Source: Raillietiella orientalis (lineage: Eukaryota). Taken from it: a DNA stretch of 64,000 nucleotides. The notes below the pieces were generated by a model that was not told the origin of the DNA, did no database searches, and saw only the letters and a program-made list of their open reading frames with translations. How positions within the stretch are numbered: position 1 is the first letter of the stretch; every line of letters starts with the position of its first letter. Where the stretch lies: positions 1-64,000 of the forward strand of contig JAYWIR010000048.1 of the NCBI GenBank assembly GCA_036172245.1. The letters run 5' to 3'. A program made the position numbers and the translations under genes. This document shows positions 26,482-36,509 of the stretch, piece by piece.

Positions 26482-28419
26482 ATGAAGCCAGTGCCCGCAG
26501 AAATGGAGGTGGAGGAATTCCCCTGCGTCGCAGGACCTTCTTCGGGAGGAGCGGAAGCCTCCACCGATCGTCCCTCGCCTCCAGCGAGAAGTTTTGCCGC
26601 CGTTGCTAAGGCAGCGGCGGCTCACGGAACCCCACCCGACGAGGCAGAGCTGCGGGCGTACGCCGCGAGCGGCTACAACCCCCCTCTGGCCTACAAGGTC
26701 AGTGCCGCGTACCGGGATGGGACGGGCAACCAGCTCTGGAGCGAGCTGGAACGCGTAGGGGTCCGAGAGGACGATCTCCTGGCAATTATGCCAGTGAGCG
26801 CGGTAGGCCATTGGGAGGTGCACTGCAAGGATGCAGCCCTCGTCCAGCGCCTACTGCGAACCCCCCTGGAAATCAGGGGTAAGGAGGTCGTCCCCTCGGC
26901 CCTGGATCAATCGTTCGTGGTCCAGCTCTTGGGCATTAGGCCGAGAATAACGGACCGCGACATCATTGTTGCACTCGAGGCGTTCGCCACAGTGCACGCG
27001 ATGTGGAGGCGCGCGAACCCGATCGATAAAGTCGCGCGCCTCTCTTGCGGACTCGCGACGGCGCGCGTCACCATGGACGACCGGAGGCTCATGCCTTCGC
27101 AGATCCTCCTCGGTGACGTCGTCGTCTATCTCCGGTTTGCCGGGCAAACCCCCGCTTGCGGCAACTGCGGGAAGGAGGGCCACCGTCCGCGGAAGTGCCC
27201 AACACGCAGTTGCCGATACTGTAAGCTGCTCGGCCACTCGATTAACGAGTGCGCCGAGCTGAAACGAAAGAGGAGGGCGAGAAACCCCCCCGCAACATCG
27301 CCGTCCGCGCCGACTCCATCCGCCCCGTCGTCGGGGAAGAAATCAGGCGCGAACGAGCATTCTCAGCGGAGAAGTGAAAAGTCCGCTTGCGCGGGCGATT
27401 CTCGGAGCAATGCTCCACAAAAACCCGCGCGAAAGGACAAGAAGCTCCTCCAGGCTGCTTCAGTAAAGCCCCGAGCGACCCAGCTCGCCGATAACATCGG
27501 GCAGGCTGCAAAAATACCACCGCCGCTTCCGTCCGCTCTCGCTCCGGAGCGAAATAGCGGTGGCACGCCCGGGAAGACCACCGGAGCGTCGAAAAAGGGG
27601 TCGCGCGCCCCTTTGCCCGCGACAGGCAAGCCGGCCACGGCGGGCCGAACGCTAGCAAAGGCTGAAAAGCCTCGCGCGACACCCGAGAATCCCGCCACTG
27701 TGCCCGCACCTCCCGGTAAGGAGGTGCAGAAGGCAGACGTGGCGAAGGAGACACTGGCCTCCATCGCCGTATCCGAGGCCTTGGAAAGGATGCGAAGGAC
27801 CCTGGAAGCCCTCGCGCCCAACCGGGGCAAACAGGAAGGCGGCGAGGATGGCTGGACCTTCGTCGGGGGAAAGAAGGAGCGCAAACCGCGCGATCCTTCC
27901 CGCTTCCCGATCCAAAAGGTAGGCGGGGTGAAGAGGCAACCCCGCGCGCCCAGAAAGGCGCAAGGAAAAGCCTCTGCTGCCGCCGCGCGCGCCGCCGCAA
28001 ACACCCGCGGCGAGAGGGGAGCTGCCGAAGCCGTGACCCCGAAAGGGGGATCGGCGACGAAGGCACCCTCTAAGAGTGCTGGACCTGCTCCGGGCTGCCA
28101 GCAAACAAAGAGGCAGGCGAAACGCCCGCCGCCGCGCGCGCGCAATTCGGACTCCGAGGTGGAGTCCGAGGGCAGCGCTAAGGCTCGCCAAGCCCCGGTC
28201 AAGGCCAGGGCTGCGCGCAAGCCAAAACTTGCCAGGCAAGAGCCTGATGCCGGGAACGGTTCCCGATGCTCCTCGGAGCCCGAGGCAATGGTCCTCGACT
28301 CCACCGAGCCGGCCGCGAGCGGCGCGGCGGGGACAGGAAGCGCTTGCGCTACCTCATCCGCCGTGCTCCCGGCTGATGCCTCGCCGGACGGGGCGAGGAA
28401 CGCACCTCCATGTCCGTAG
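26482..28419 (+). CDS. Family C ORF1 (two CCHC knuckles, long basic disordered tail)
   Basis: CGNCGKEGHRPRKC, CRYCKLLGHSINEC; open frame; first ATG at 26482 (start uncertain). Confidence 0.85.
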   Translation: MKPVPAEMEVEEFPCVAGPSSGGAEASTDRPSPPARSFAAVAKAAAAHGTPPDEAELRAYAASGYNPPLAYKVSAAYRDGTGNQLWSELERVGVREDDLLAIMPVSAVGHWEVHCKDAALVQRLLRTPLEIRGKEVVPSALDQSFVVQLLGIRPRITDRDIIVALEAFATVHAMWRRANPIDKVARLSCGLATARVTMDDRRLMPSQILLGDVVVYLRFAGQTPACGNCGKEGHRPRKCPTRSCRYCKLLGHSINECAELKRKRRARNPPATSPSAPTPSAPSSGKKSGANEHSQRRSEKSACAGDSRSNAPQKPARKDKKLLQAASVKPRATQLADNIGQAAKIPPPLPSALAPERNSGGTPGKTTGASKKGSRAPLPATGKPATAGRTLAKAEKPRATPENPATVPAPPGKEVQKADVAKETLASIAVSEALERMRRTLEALAPNRGKQEGGEDGWTFVGGKKERKPRDPSRFPIQKVGGVKRQPRAPRKAQGKASAAAARAAANTRGERGAAEAVTPKGGSATKAPSKSAGPAPGCQQTKRQAKRPPPRARNSDSEVESEGSAKARQAPVKARAARKPKLARQEPDAGNGSRCSSEPEAMVLDSTEPAASGAAGTGSACATSSAVLPADASPDGARNAPPCP

Positions 28420-31400
28420 CAGCAATGCGCGGTCTCGCTTCTTCCCGTCGCGTCCGAGTGGCCTGTTGGAACGTCAACGGGCTGCAGGACAACGAGAAGA
28501 GGCGATTGGTTGCCAACGTCTTGCGTGACTTCGATCTGGCCCTGCTGCAGGAGATTCACGCACTCTCCGAGCAGCAAGCGGCCGATCTGCAAGTTCGCGC
28601 AGGCGGGACGCTCCATTGGAGGTCAGGCTCCCAGAATACCTGCGGAGTCGCATTCCTTGTCCGGGGCAGGGTGGCGGGAGCGGTGCGGAGCGTTTGTTTC
28701 GACGAGGAAGGTCGTGTGGGCCAACTTGTTCTCAAGTGGTCCGAATCGATCAACCTTGTCGTCACGAACGTGTACGCGCCGAGCGGCTTCGCGCGTCACA
28801 CCGAGAAACTGGAGTTTTTTGAGAGACTGCGCGACCGCTGGCTCAGCAACTCCGGCCCCGACGTGGTTCACCTCGTAGCCGGGGACTTCAACGTCCACGC
28901 GCTATCGGAGGAGTCTCACCGTCGCCGGAAGAAACGGCTGGTGAACGAGGTGTGCGCGTCGGTGCACGCCTCGAATTTGCTGGCCGACGATCCCGGAATG
29001 CGTGCTTTGCCGGACCATGTGTTCCTCGACGATCACCTGCATTGTCGGGTGGGTCGAAGAGGTCCCGTGCCGTCCGAGCTTTCCGACCACTACAGGCTGG
29101 AGTTTGAGCTACTCCCGCCTGGCAAGGGCCCTGCGACGCACGTCTGGAGGTTGCCGGCCGACTGGTTGAGAAATCCGGTGGCTGCGGAGCACCTCCGCCA
29201 GCATCTGCGGACCTTTGCCGTTCGAGAGCTCGTGGACTGGGACGATCTGAAAAGATCGGTCCGCGAGTTCTGCAGCCGGTTCCCCTTGCGCTTCCCCGTG
29301 GCTTCGGGGAAGGCGTGGCCAACAGCAGAGAGTTTCTGCAGGCCCGCCAATTCTTTCGATGCCCGGACGTCCGGTACCTTGCGGAGTACAAGGCCAAGGC
29401 CGAGCGCCAGGTCTGGCAGTCAGGAGCAGCTTGTCTGCTCGACGACCAGGGCCTGGAGTGCTCGGGCGCGGCCGAAGTTCGCCGCCTCCTAAAGCGCTAT
29501 TACTCCTTGTTGTACGCTAGGGAGCCGACGGAACGCAGTCTCTCGGAGCTGCTTCTGCCGGCGGATTCCCCGGCGGTCGACGAGGAGGAACGCGCCACTC
29601 TTGACTTGCCCTTCACGGCGGGAGAAGTGTCTTCCGCCATAGCGGGCCTCAAGAAGCGCAAGGCGCCAGGTGAGGATGGTCTGCCTGCGGAGTTCTTCCA
29701 GTGCTTCGCGGCGGAACTCATCCCCCTGGTGCTGAGGCTTTCTGCGCTGATGCGAGAGACGGGCAATGTGCCGGCCTCGTTTCGCTCAGCAAGGGTGCGT
29801 CTGTTGCCGAAAGGCGGAGACATGCGCCATTTAAGCAACTGGCGTCCCATCACCTTGGTGAATGCGGACGTCAAGTTGTTCTCCAGGCTGTGGGTCGCGC
29901 GCCTGGGCAGGATCGCTGGATCCGTGGTAAGTCCGGAGCAGTCTTACGCTGTTCCCGGGCGGTCCATGGAGGCGAACCTGTTCTTCGCGCGCACGTGGCT
30001 CGAGCTGCAACGCTGCGTGGCGCACGACAGCCAGGCACCCGCGTCTGCGGCTGCCGAGGCTAGGCGTCGCTGCATTCGGCCTGGGGAAGCGCCGGGTGCC
30101 TTGGCGGTCGCGGTCGATCTCCGCAAGGCGTTCGATTGCGTAAATCAGGATCTCCTGCGGGAGCTCCTGGAACGCCTCGGTCTCCCGGTGCACCTCGTGG
30201 CGTATTTGCGCGCTTGCTGGCGCCACGCGCTCATTTCCATCTCTTTTAGCGGCTGCCACGTGTACGGCGTGCCGGTGCGGCGGGGCATCAGGCAGGGCGA
30301 CAGCTTAAGCCCGTTGCTCTTCAGCATCTTCTTTGAGTTGGTGCTGAGGGCGTACAGGCTGACGGTGGCCAACCTGCCGAGCTCTTGTCCAGGAACGCCG
30401 TCCGTGGCGGCCTATGCTGACGACCTGCTCCTCCTCTTACCCATGACCACCCCGGCATCCAGTCTCGAGGATTTCTTCGAGCTGATTCGCCGGGGGGCGG
30501 GCATGAGCGTAAACCGGAGCAAGAGCGTGGTCGTACCTATTGGTGCGGCGTGGGAGGGGCAGTCCGACTGGATCCGCCTGGGGATCCCGACCGCTTCCTC
30601 CGTGCAATATCTGGGCGTTCCGCTGGGGAACATCAGCCCAATGGAAGTGTGGTCGGACTGCCTTCGGAAGGCTTCGAATGCCCTGAGCCCGTTCCACCAT
30701 GGCAGGTTCGTCCTGCCGGAGCGGGCCACGATATGGAACACCTTCGTTGCCCCTCTCTTGCGCCCCCTGCTTTTTGTTTGCCCGCCCCCCTACTCGGCCA
30801 AGCTCCAGGCGCACAGCCTGTTGAGGAACGCTCTGTGGAGACCTGCGAGGTCCAGGATCCGCCTCAAAGACTTGGCGGCTCCGCTACGGGATGCTGGCTT
30901 AGGCATCCTGACGCTGGAGAGAATCGAGCTGCAGGTGCAGCTTCGGATGTTGGCCCTGTGCGCCAACCTTTGGTCCACTCCGTGGTGCGCTCCCGCGCGC
31001 CTGCTTCTGCGGCGCTGCACAGGCAGCGATGGACTTCTGTCGCTGCGGCCGCACACGGAGCGCGCCACGAGAAGCTTCGGTTTCCCCTTGAAACCGCTGT
31101 ATCGGCTCCTGGAAGCCCAGGGATGGATCTCCTGCCGCCCAACGAACTTTCAAGCCTGGCGGCAGGAACCGTTGCATGGCTGGGCAAAGCACCAGGATGT
31201 TTCCCTCCTGGAACTCCGTTGCGCTCACCTCTCCCCGTATTGCACGGTGGATGAGGTGTGCAACAGCCAGGAGAAGTGGACCCGCCTGGCCGTCACCCCC
31301 CTCGAAGACGCACTGTCAGCCCTTAGGGCAAGAGATGACAGTTGCGAACCGGCGAGATGGGAGGTCGCCTGCACCATCGCAGGAACAACGCGACCTATTG

Positions 31401-31984
31401 GCGGCTGGAAGACTTGCGAGCTGGCGGACGCCGCCACGCCTCGCCACGTTTCGAAGGGACTCCTTCGGTGGAGCGAACACTTGAGTGTGCCCCTTGAAGA
31501 ACTTGTGGTTCCTCCCTCGTGTCTGAACACTTCTGTGTTCCCCCTTTCGTGGAAGCAGGACGTGATTATGCTGGTGCATTGGGGTTTTCACTCCAGCCAG
31601 CGCACGAACCTTGTTTCCGGAAGAGTCGTCTCCCCAAACTGTAAGCGGTGCGGGGAAGTGGAAACGCTCCCGCACCTGCTCCTGGACTGCGGTGCCCTTC
31701 TAGGACTCTGGCGGAGGCTGGCCTCAGCTCTCCTGCACCAGGGGGACACCGCGAGGGAGTTGATGCGCCGCTTCTTCTCGCCAGGCGGCCTGTCATTGGG
31801 TGCTGTCGTTGCAACCGTGTGTTGCACCCGCGCCATCGACAAGGCCCACCGAGAGTTGGAGAAGCTGGCCATCCTTCGTCAGCCCACCGGATTAGCCAGC
31901 GCAAACATGTCGTCGGCTGCCCAGTGGGCCCATCTGCCACAGGGCGTAAGGAGAGAGATCGCCGGCATCCATCGCCCGTTTTGA
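28410..31984 (+). pseudogene. Family C ORF2 EN-RT-Zn finger, one frameshift near 29290
   Basis: ORFs 28410-29492 and 29315-31984; all EN and RT motifs present; CKRCGEVETLPHLLLDC. Confidence 0.92.
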
Positions 31985-32401
31985 AAGGAAGGAACGGATT
32001 TACCAAAGACCCCTGTCCCCTGCCCTCCATATTTTTCTTTTATTTTTTTATATAGTAGTGTGTTTGTGGTCCCTTCCCTCCCGTTCCGGACTTTCGGCAT
32101 ACCGACCTGCGTGTCGGGGATCCCACCCCCTTCGTCTCTTGTTTTCCCCTTTGTCCGGGAACCCTGTTCCCGGATAGTTTATAATAAACGTCCCGGCGCA
32201 CCAGGGTGACAAACAGCCAACCCCCCGCGTTCGTCTCGATCTCCTGGACGTCTGCCGCGGTGATCACGTGGATCTCCTGCAACAGGGCCAGGTCGAACTC
32301 CCGCATGGTGTCGGCTGTATCTCGCCTGTTACCGTCGTCGCGCAGCCCGTTGACATTCCAACAGGCCGCGCGAATGCGACGGCGACTGGCGAGCCCAGGT
32401 G

Positions 32402-34153
32402 TTACTCCTGGGAAGATGGCAGTGCGGCGTCCGCCATCTGCTGGGGCGGGACGCTAGGTGGACGAGGGGGGTCAGGTGCTGAAGGCACCTGGTCCCCCTC
32501 CTTTATCGGTGCCGGCGCGTCGGCCGGATCACCCGCAGGTGGAGTCGCGCCTACCTGTTCGCCCTCCTCCATGGGGGCGGGATGTTCAGGGTCGGCGCCT
32601 GCAGGGGGGACTTCACCCCCCTGTTCACCCTCCGCCATGGGGGTGGCCGGATCGACGGCTTCCGAGTGTGGGAATTCCTCCTCCGAATTTCCCACGCTGG
32701 CGACGGTTTCCGTCTTCTCCTCCTCGCTGGTGGAGGGGAGGCGCCTCCTGGGCTTCTGGGACTTGCGACCAGACTTCCTGGGGGGTGCCTCCGAGGAGGA
32801 GGATGTACTTCCGGCCCCCATGTCTAACTCACCTGTGGGGGCCTTCTTCGCCGGAGCCGGCCTTCGCACGGCCTTGCGCGAGGGGTTCTCACGCTCGGCC
32901 AGCGTGACCGCGAGCTCCTCCGCCACCTGCGCGAACGCGGCGTCCGCGGCTTCGTCCGCCGCTATGTCGCGCGGCTCACCCTCTGTGTAAACAGAGGGTT
33001 CGCCGTCGCGAGCCTCGGGCGCAGCGGAAACGGCAAGGGGAGGATCGACGCGCCGGGTGGCCATCTCGGGAACGACGATTCGTTCCAGTGCCACCGTGCA
33101 CCTGCGCAGAGTTTTCGAGCGCGGACCGGGTTTTTTCGGCTTACCGGCCGTTTTGCGCTCTTCGCTCTCCGCGGGTGGGAGTTTCCTTGGCTTTCTGGCC
33201 TCTACAAGCTGCCATCCCTCTTCGCCTTCCACCGTTTCAGAAGGTTTATCCTCCGGCTTACGCGCCGGAGGTTGAGGTGTTGGCAGCTTGTGCTGGCCCT
33301 TTTCTACTTTAGGTCTAGAGACCTTTGAAGCACGTTTCCCCTGCGCTTTTTTCGCGGCAGGGGGAACCAAGGTGGGGCGTTTGGGGCACACGCGCCGAAC
33401 GTGGCCCCGCTCCCCGCACAAATGGCATTGTATATTGGGACACCTTTTAGGTAGGTGACCCACGGTATCACAATGCCCGCAATACCGGGGCTTCCCTACA
33501 TACCACAGGTCGACGTTTTCTTGCGCCACCTGTAGTTTGTGGGGAAGCCCACAATTCTCCCTTACGGTAACCCACGCTGCAGCCTGCCCACCAAAAAGGC
33601 TATCGAAGCCGTCGAAAATGGAGGGTTTCGGCCACAGTGCGTGCACCTCACCGTACTTCCGTAATTCCTCACCAACCGCTGACCGCGTCATGCGGCTGGT
33701 GATGCCAGTCATGTGGACCACCACGGAGCGGTCCATTGATACTGGCAGGATCTTGCGGCCGTCTACGTTCAGCGGCGCATGGATTAGGCGGTGAGTTAAG
33801 GTGACATCTTTGCAGACCACCTCGACCCGCTGCCCGCCGCTGAGGACGGAGAGGCCGTCCAGATCCTTCTCATTAACATTCGCGTCCTTCAACGCTTTGC
33901 TGAAGGCGCGCGCTGTCCGGCCTTCGAACAAGTTGCCTACCTGGTAGACAAGCGATGGCTTGTACCCGGAGGCCTTGCATGCTGCCATCTCCGCCATGGC
34001 TTCTGCGCTGGGCGCGGCCACCATGGCGCTCCATGTCCTCTGCGTGTCCGGGGATGATTCCGGGGCGGCTGCCCCTGCTCCAGTAGGCTGTGGGGGCGAA
34101 CTAGCCTTGCCCACTCCCACCTCCATCGCGGTGTCCTCTGGCGTCGTGGCCAT
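32402..34153 (-). CDS. Family B ORF1, intact
   Basis: MATTPEDTAMEV start; CGHCDTVGHLPKRC, CHLCGERGHVRRVC. Confidence 0.85.
   Translation of the reverse strand: MATTPEDTAMEVGVGKASSPPQPTGAGAAAPESSPDTQRTWSAMVAAPSAEAMAEMAACKASGYKPSLVYQVGNLFEGRTARAFSKALKDANVNEKDLDGLSVLSGGQRVEVVCKDVTLTHRLIHAPLNVDGRKILPVSMDRSVVVHMTGITSRMTRSAVGEELRKYGEVHALWPKPSIFDGFDSLFGGQAAAWVTVRENCGLPHKLQVAQENVDLWYVGKPRYCGHCDTVGHLPKRCPNIQCHLCGERGHVRRVCPKRPTLVPPAAKKAQGKRASKVSRPKVEKGQHKLPTPQPPARKPEDKPSETVEGEEGWQLVEARKPRKLPPAESEERKTAGKPKKPGPRSKTLRRCTVALERIVVPEMATRRVDPPLAVSAAPEARDGEPSVYTEGEPRDIAADEAADAAFAQVAEELAVTLAERENPSRKAVRRPAPAKKAPTGELDMGAGSTSSSSEAPPRKSGRKSQKPRRRLPSTSEEEKTETVASVGNSEEEFPHSEAVDPATPMAEGEQGGEVPPAGADPEHPAPMEEGEQVGATPPAGDPADAPAPIKEGDQVPSAPDPPRPPSVPPQQMADAALPSSQE
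32485..32655 (-). repeat. 66-bp (22-aa) PMxEGxQ repeats in family B ORF1 tail
   Basis: PMAEGEQ..., PMEEGEQ..., PIKEGDQ spaced 22 aa apart. Confidence 0.75.
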
Positions 34154-34240
34154 TGGACACCGACGATGTACACAAAACACCACACACATTAAAGCGCTTT
34201 CCTACTACTCTTGAGGAGTGAAGGAAAAACACGTCCTCCA

Positions 34241-35590
34241 ACTGGCCGTGGAGGGCGCTGGCTGCACGAGGCTGCTAGCTCCTCCGCGGCACGCGCGAAG
34301 GCTACGTCATCGATGTTGGTGTCGATGACGGACGCCGCCGCCGGCTCCCTATCCTCGCTGTTGACAGAGTCAACAGAGGGGTTGTCGTCGGTAGCGGGGA
34401 GTTCTTTTTCGCAGCGGTCGGGAATGCGCTCCACGACAACGCTGCATTCTTTAATTTGCTCGCTTGCCTGCTGTTTTTTCTAGCGGTACGCGAGCTTTTT
34501 CTCCATCCTCCTCTCCTTCTTTGATTTTCTGGCCGTAGCCACCTGCCACCCAGGCTCCTGGCTATTTCCCTCGACTTGTTCGGCGTTGTTCACCAGGGTC
34601 TCGAGTGCGGCCTGGGCCTTGGGCGCGGGTGGCACAGCCTTCGCGGCAGCTTTCGCCGCCAGCCTTTTCTGCAGAAGCCGGGCGCGTTTTTTAATGTTTC
34701 TCTTGGAAACCACCCGCACTGCTGCTTTTGGGCACACCTTTCTCCTGTGGCCCATTGTGCCGCATACTTGGCACTGCACGTTGAGACACCTCTTTTTGAG
34801 GTGGCCCGACGTATTGCAAAAGCCACAGTATTTCGGCTTCCCCACATACCAGAGGTCGACGGTTTCGCCTTCGACCACTGGTTTGTGGGGAAGAGTGCAG
34901 TTCTCCCGAACGGTCACGCGCGCAGCAGTGATGCCGTGTTGCAGCCCCGTGTAGTCCTCGAAAGGACTAACTTTCGTCCACTGCGCGTGGACCGTTCCGT
35001 ATTCCTCCAGCGCGGCGCAAACCTGTGCCTTGCGCATCCGCGCGTTAACACCTAACAGGTGGACCACCATGCTGCGGTCCGCCGTAATAGGGAGGAGCCT
35101 GCGCGTCTTCATCACCACGGGGGTTTTAAGGAGTCGTTGGGCCATCTCTGCTTGTTTGCAGATGACCTCAACGTACTGACCCCCGCTGCGGATGGTCATA
35201 GCGCTGAGCTCCTCCTCTTTCACATCGAGAGCGCGCATGCCCTTCGAGAAGGCGCGCGCGCTCTCTAAAGAATATAAATTGCCTACCTTGTAGAACTATG
35301 AGGGGTTGTACCCCTCCTCTATATAGGCCGACAATTCCGCCGCGGCTGCAGGTGATGGCGCCGACACAACGGCGCTCCACGCTTGCGCTGCAGCGGGGAC
35401 CGATTCTGTGGGGGCGCATGCCCCACCTCCTTCGCCTCCGGGGGCTACGTTGCCGCTGCCCCCTGGCCATCCCTGGTGGTCGCGTCAGGCATCGCTGCCT
35501 GATCGACCACCGAACCACACGACGCTTGCACTGGGGGAGACTTCCTGGCACGAGGAGCACCGAGAAAACACGTCCACCCTGGAGCACGCC
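34241..35590 (-). mobile_element. LINE family A 5' part (5' end + ORF1 N-two-thirds)
   Basis: 5' motif 35564-35575; ORF 34480-35238 with CGFCNTSGHLKKRC, CQVCGTMGHRRKVC; FARAAEELAA at 34189-34434. Confidence 0.85.
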
Positions 35591-36509
35591 AGGCGGTCGA
35601 TTGCGTAAATCAGGATCTCCTGCTGGAGCCTTTAGAACGTCTCGGTCTCCCGGTGCACCTCGTGGCGTGTTTGCGCGCTTGCTGGCGCCACGCGCAAATT
35701 CTTATCTCTTTTAGAGGCTGCCACGTGTACGGCGTGCCGATGCGGCGGGGCATCAGGCAGGGCGGCAGCTTAAGCCCGTTGCTCTTCAGCATCTTCTTTG
35801 AGTTGGTGCTGAGGGCGTACAGGCTGACGCTGGCCAACCTGCCGAGCTCCTTTCCAGGAACGCCGTCCGTGGCAGCCTATGCTGACGACCTGCTTCTCTT
35901 CTTACTAATGACCACCCGGTGGAGATGTCTCCCTAAACTGTGAGCGGTACGGGGAAGTGGAAACGCTCCCGCACCTGCTTTTCGACTGCGGTGCCCTCCT
36001 AGGACTGTGGCGGAGGCTGGCCTTAGCTCTCCTGCACCAGGGGGACACCGCGAGGGATTTGATGCGCCGCTTCTTCACGCCAGGCGGCCTGTCCTTAGGT
36101 GCTGTTGTTGCAACCGTGTGTTGCACCCGCGTCATCGACAAGGCCCACCGACAACTGGAGAAGTTGGCCATCCTCCGTCAGCCCACCGGCTTAGCCAGCG
36201 CCAGCATGTCGTCGGGTGCCGAATGGGCGCATCTTCCAGAGAGCGTGAGGAACGAGATCGCCGGCATCCATCGCCCGTTCTGAAAGGAAGGAACGGCAGA
36301 ACCAAAGACCCCTGTCCCCTGCCCTCCATATCTTTATTTTTATTTTTTCTATTCGGTGTATTTGTGGTCCCCTCCCTCCCGTTCCGGACTTTCGGCATAC
36401 CGACCCGCGTGTCGGGGATCCCACCCCCTTCTTTACTCTATGTGCTTTGTCCGGGAACTTTGCTCCCGGATTGTTTGTTATAAACGCCTCGGCGCACCTG
36501 GGTGATAAA
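35591..36509 (+). mobile_element. LINE family C 3' fragment from KAFD, internally deleted (~35920)
   Basis: Matches 30126-30450 and then 31625-32213; YADD; terminus 36479-36509. Confidence 0.9.

Larger units (their letters stand above)
26479..32213 (+). mobile_element. LINE family C, near-intact (5'UTR missing)
   Basis: ORF1, ORF2 with a single frameshift, 3' terminus 32183-32213. Confidence 0.93.
32214..34240 (-). mobile_element. LINE family B 5' part (5' end, ORF1, EN start)
   Basis: 5' motif 34224-34236; ORF1; EN to QEIETNAGGWL. Confidence 0.9.

Noticed and set aside
27363..28616. Long antisense ORFs over ORF1/ORF2 (e.g. 417 aa here; 36856-37773; 45379-46308)
   Set aside because: GC-rich shadow frames, low complexity and not conserved between families.
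26097..32570. LTRs around the family C element
   Set aside because: The direct repeats are family B coding sequence on the opposite strand, with no TG..CA ends or PBS seen.
32402..35560. A novel element with two tandem ORF1 genes (also 41704-43597)
   Set aside because: The first ORF1 is truncated, the second has its own 5' motif, and the missing tail appears at 15455; insertion explains it better.
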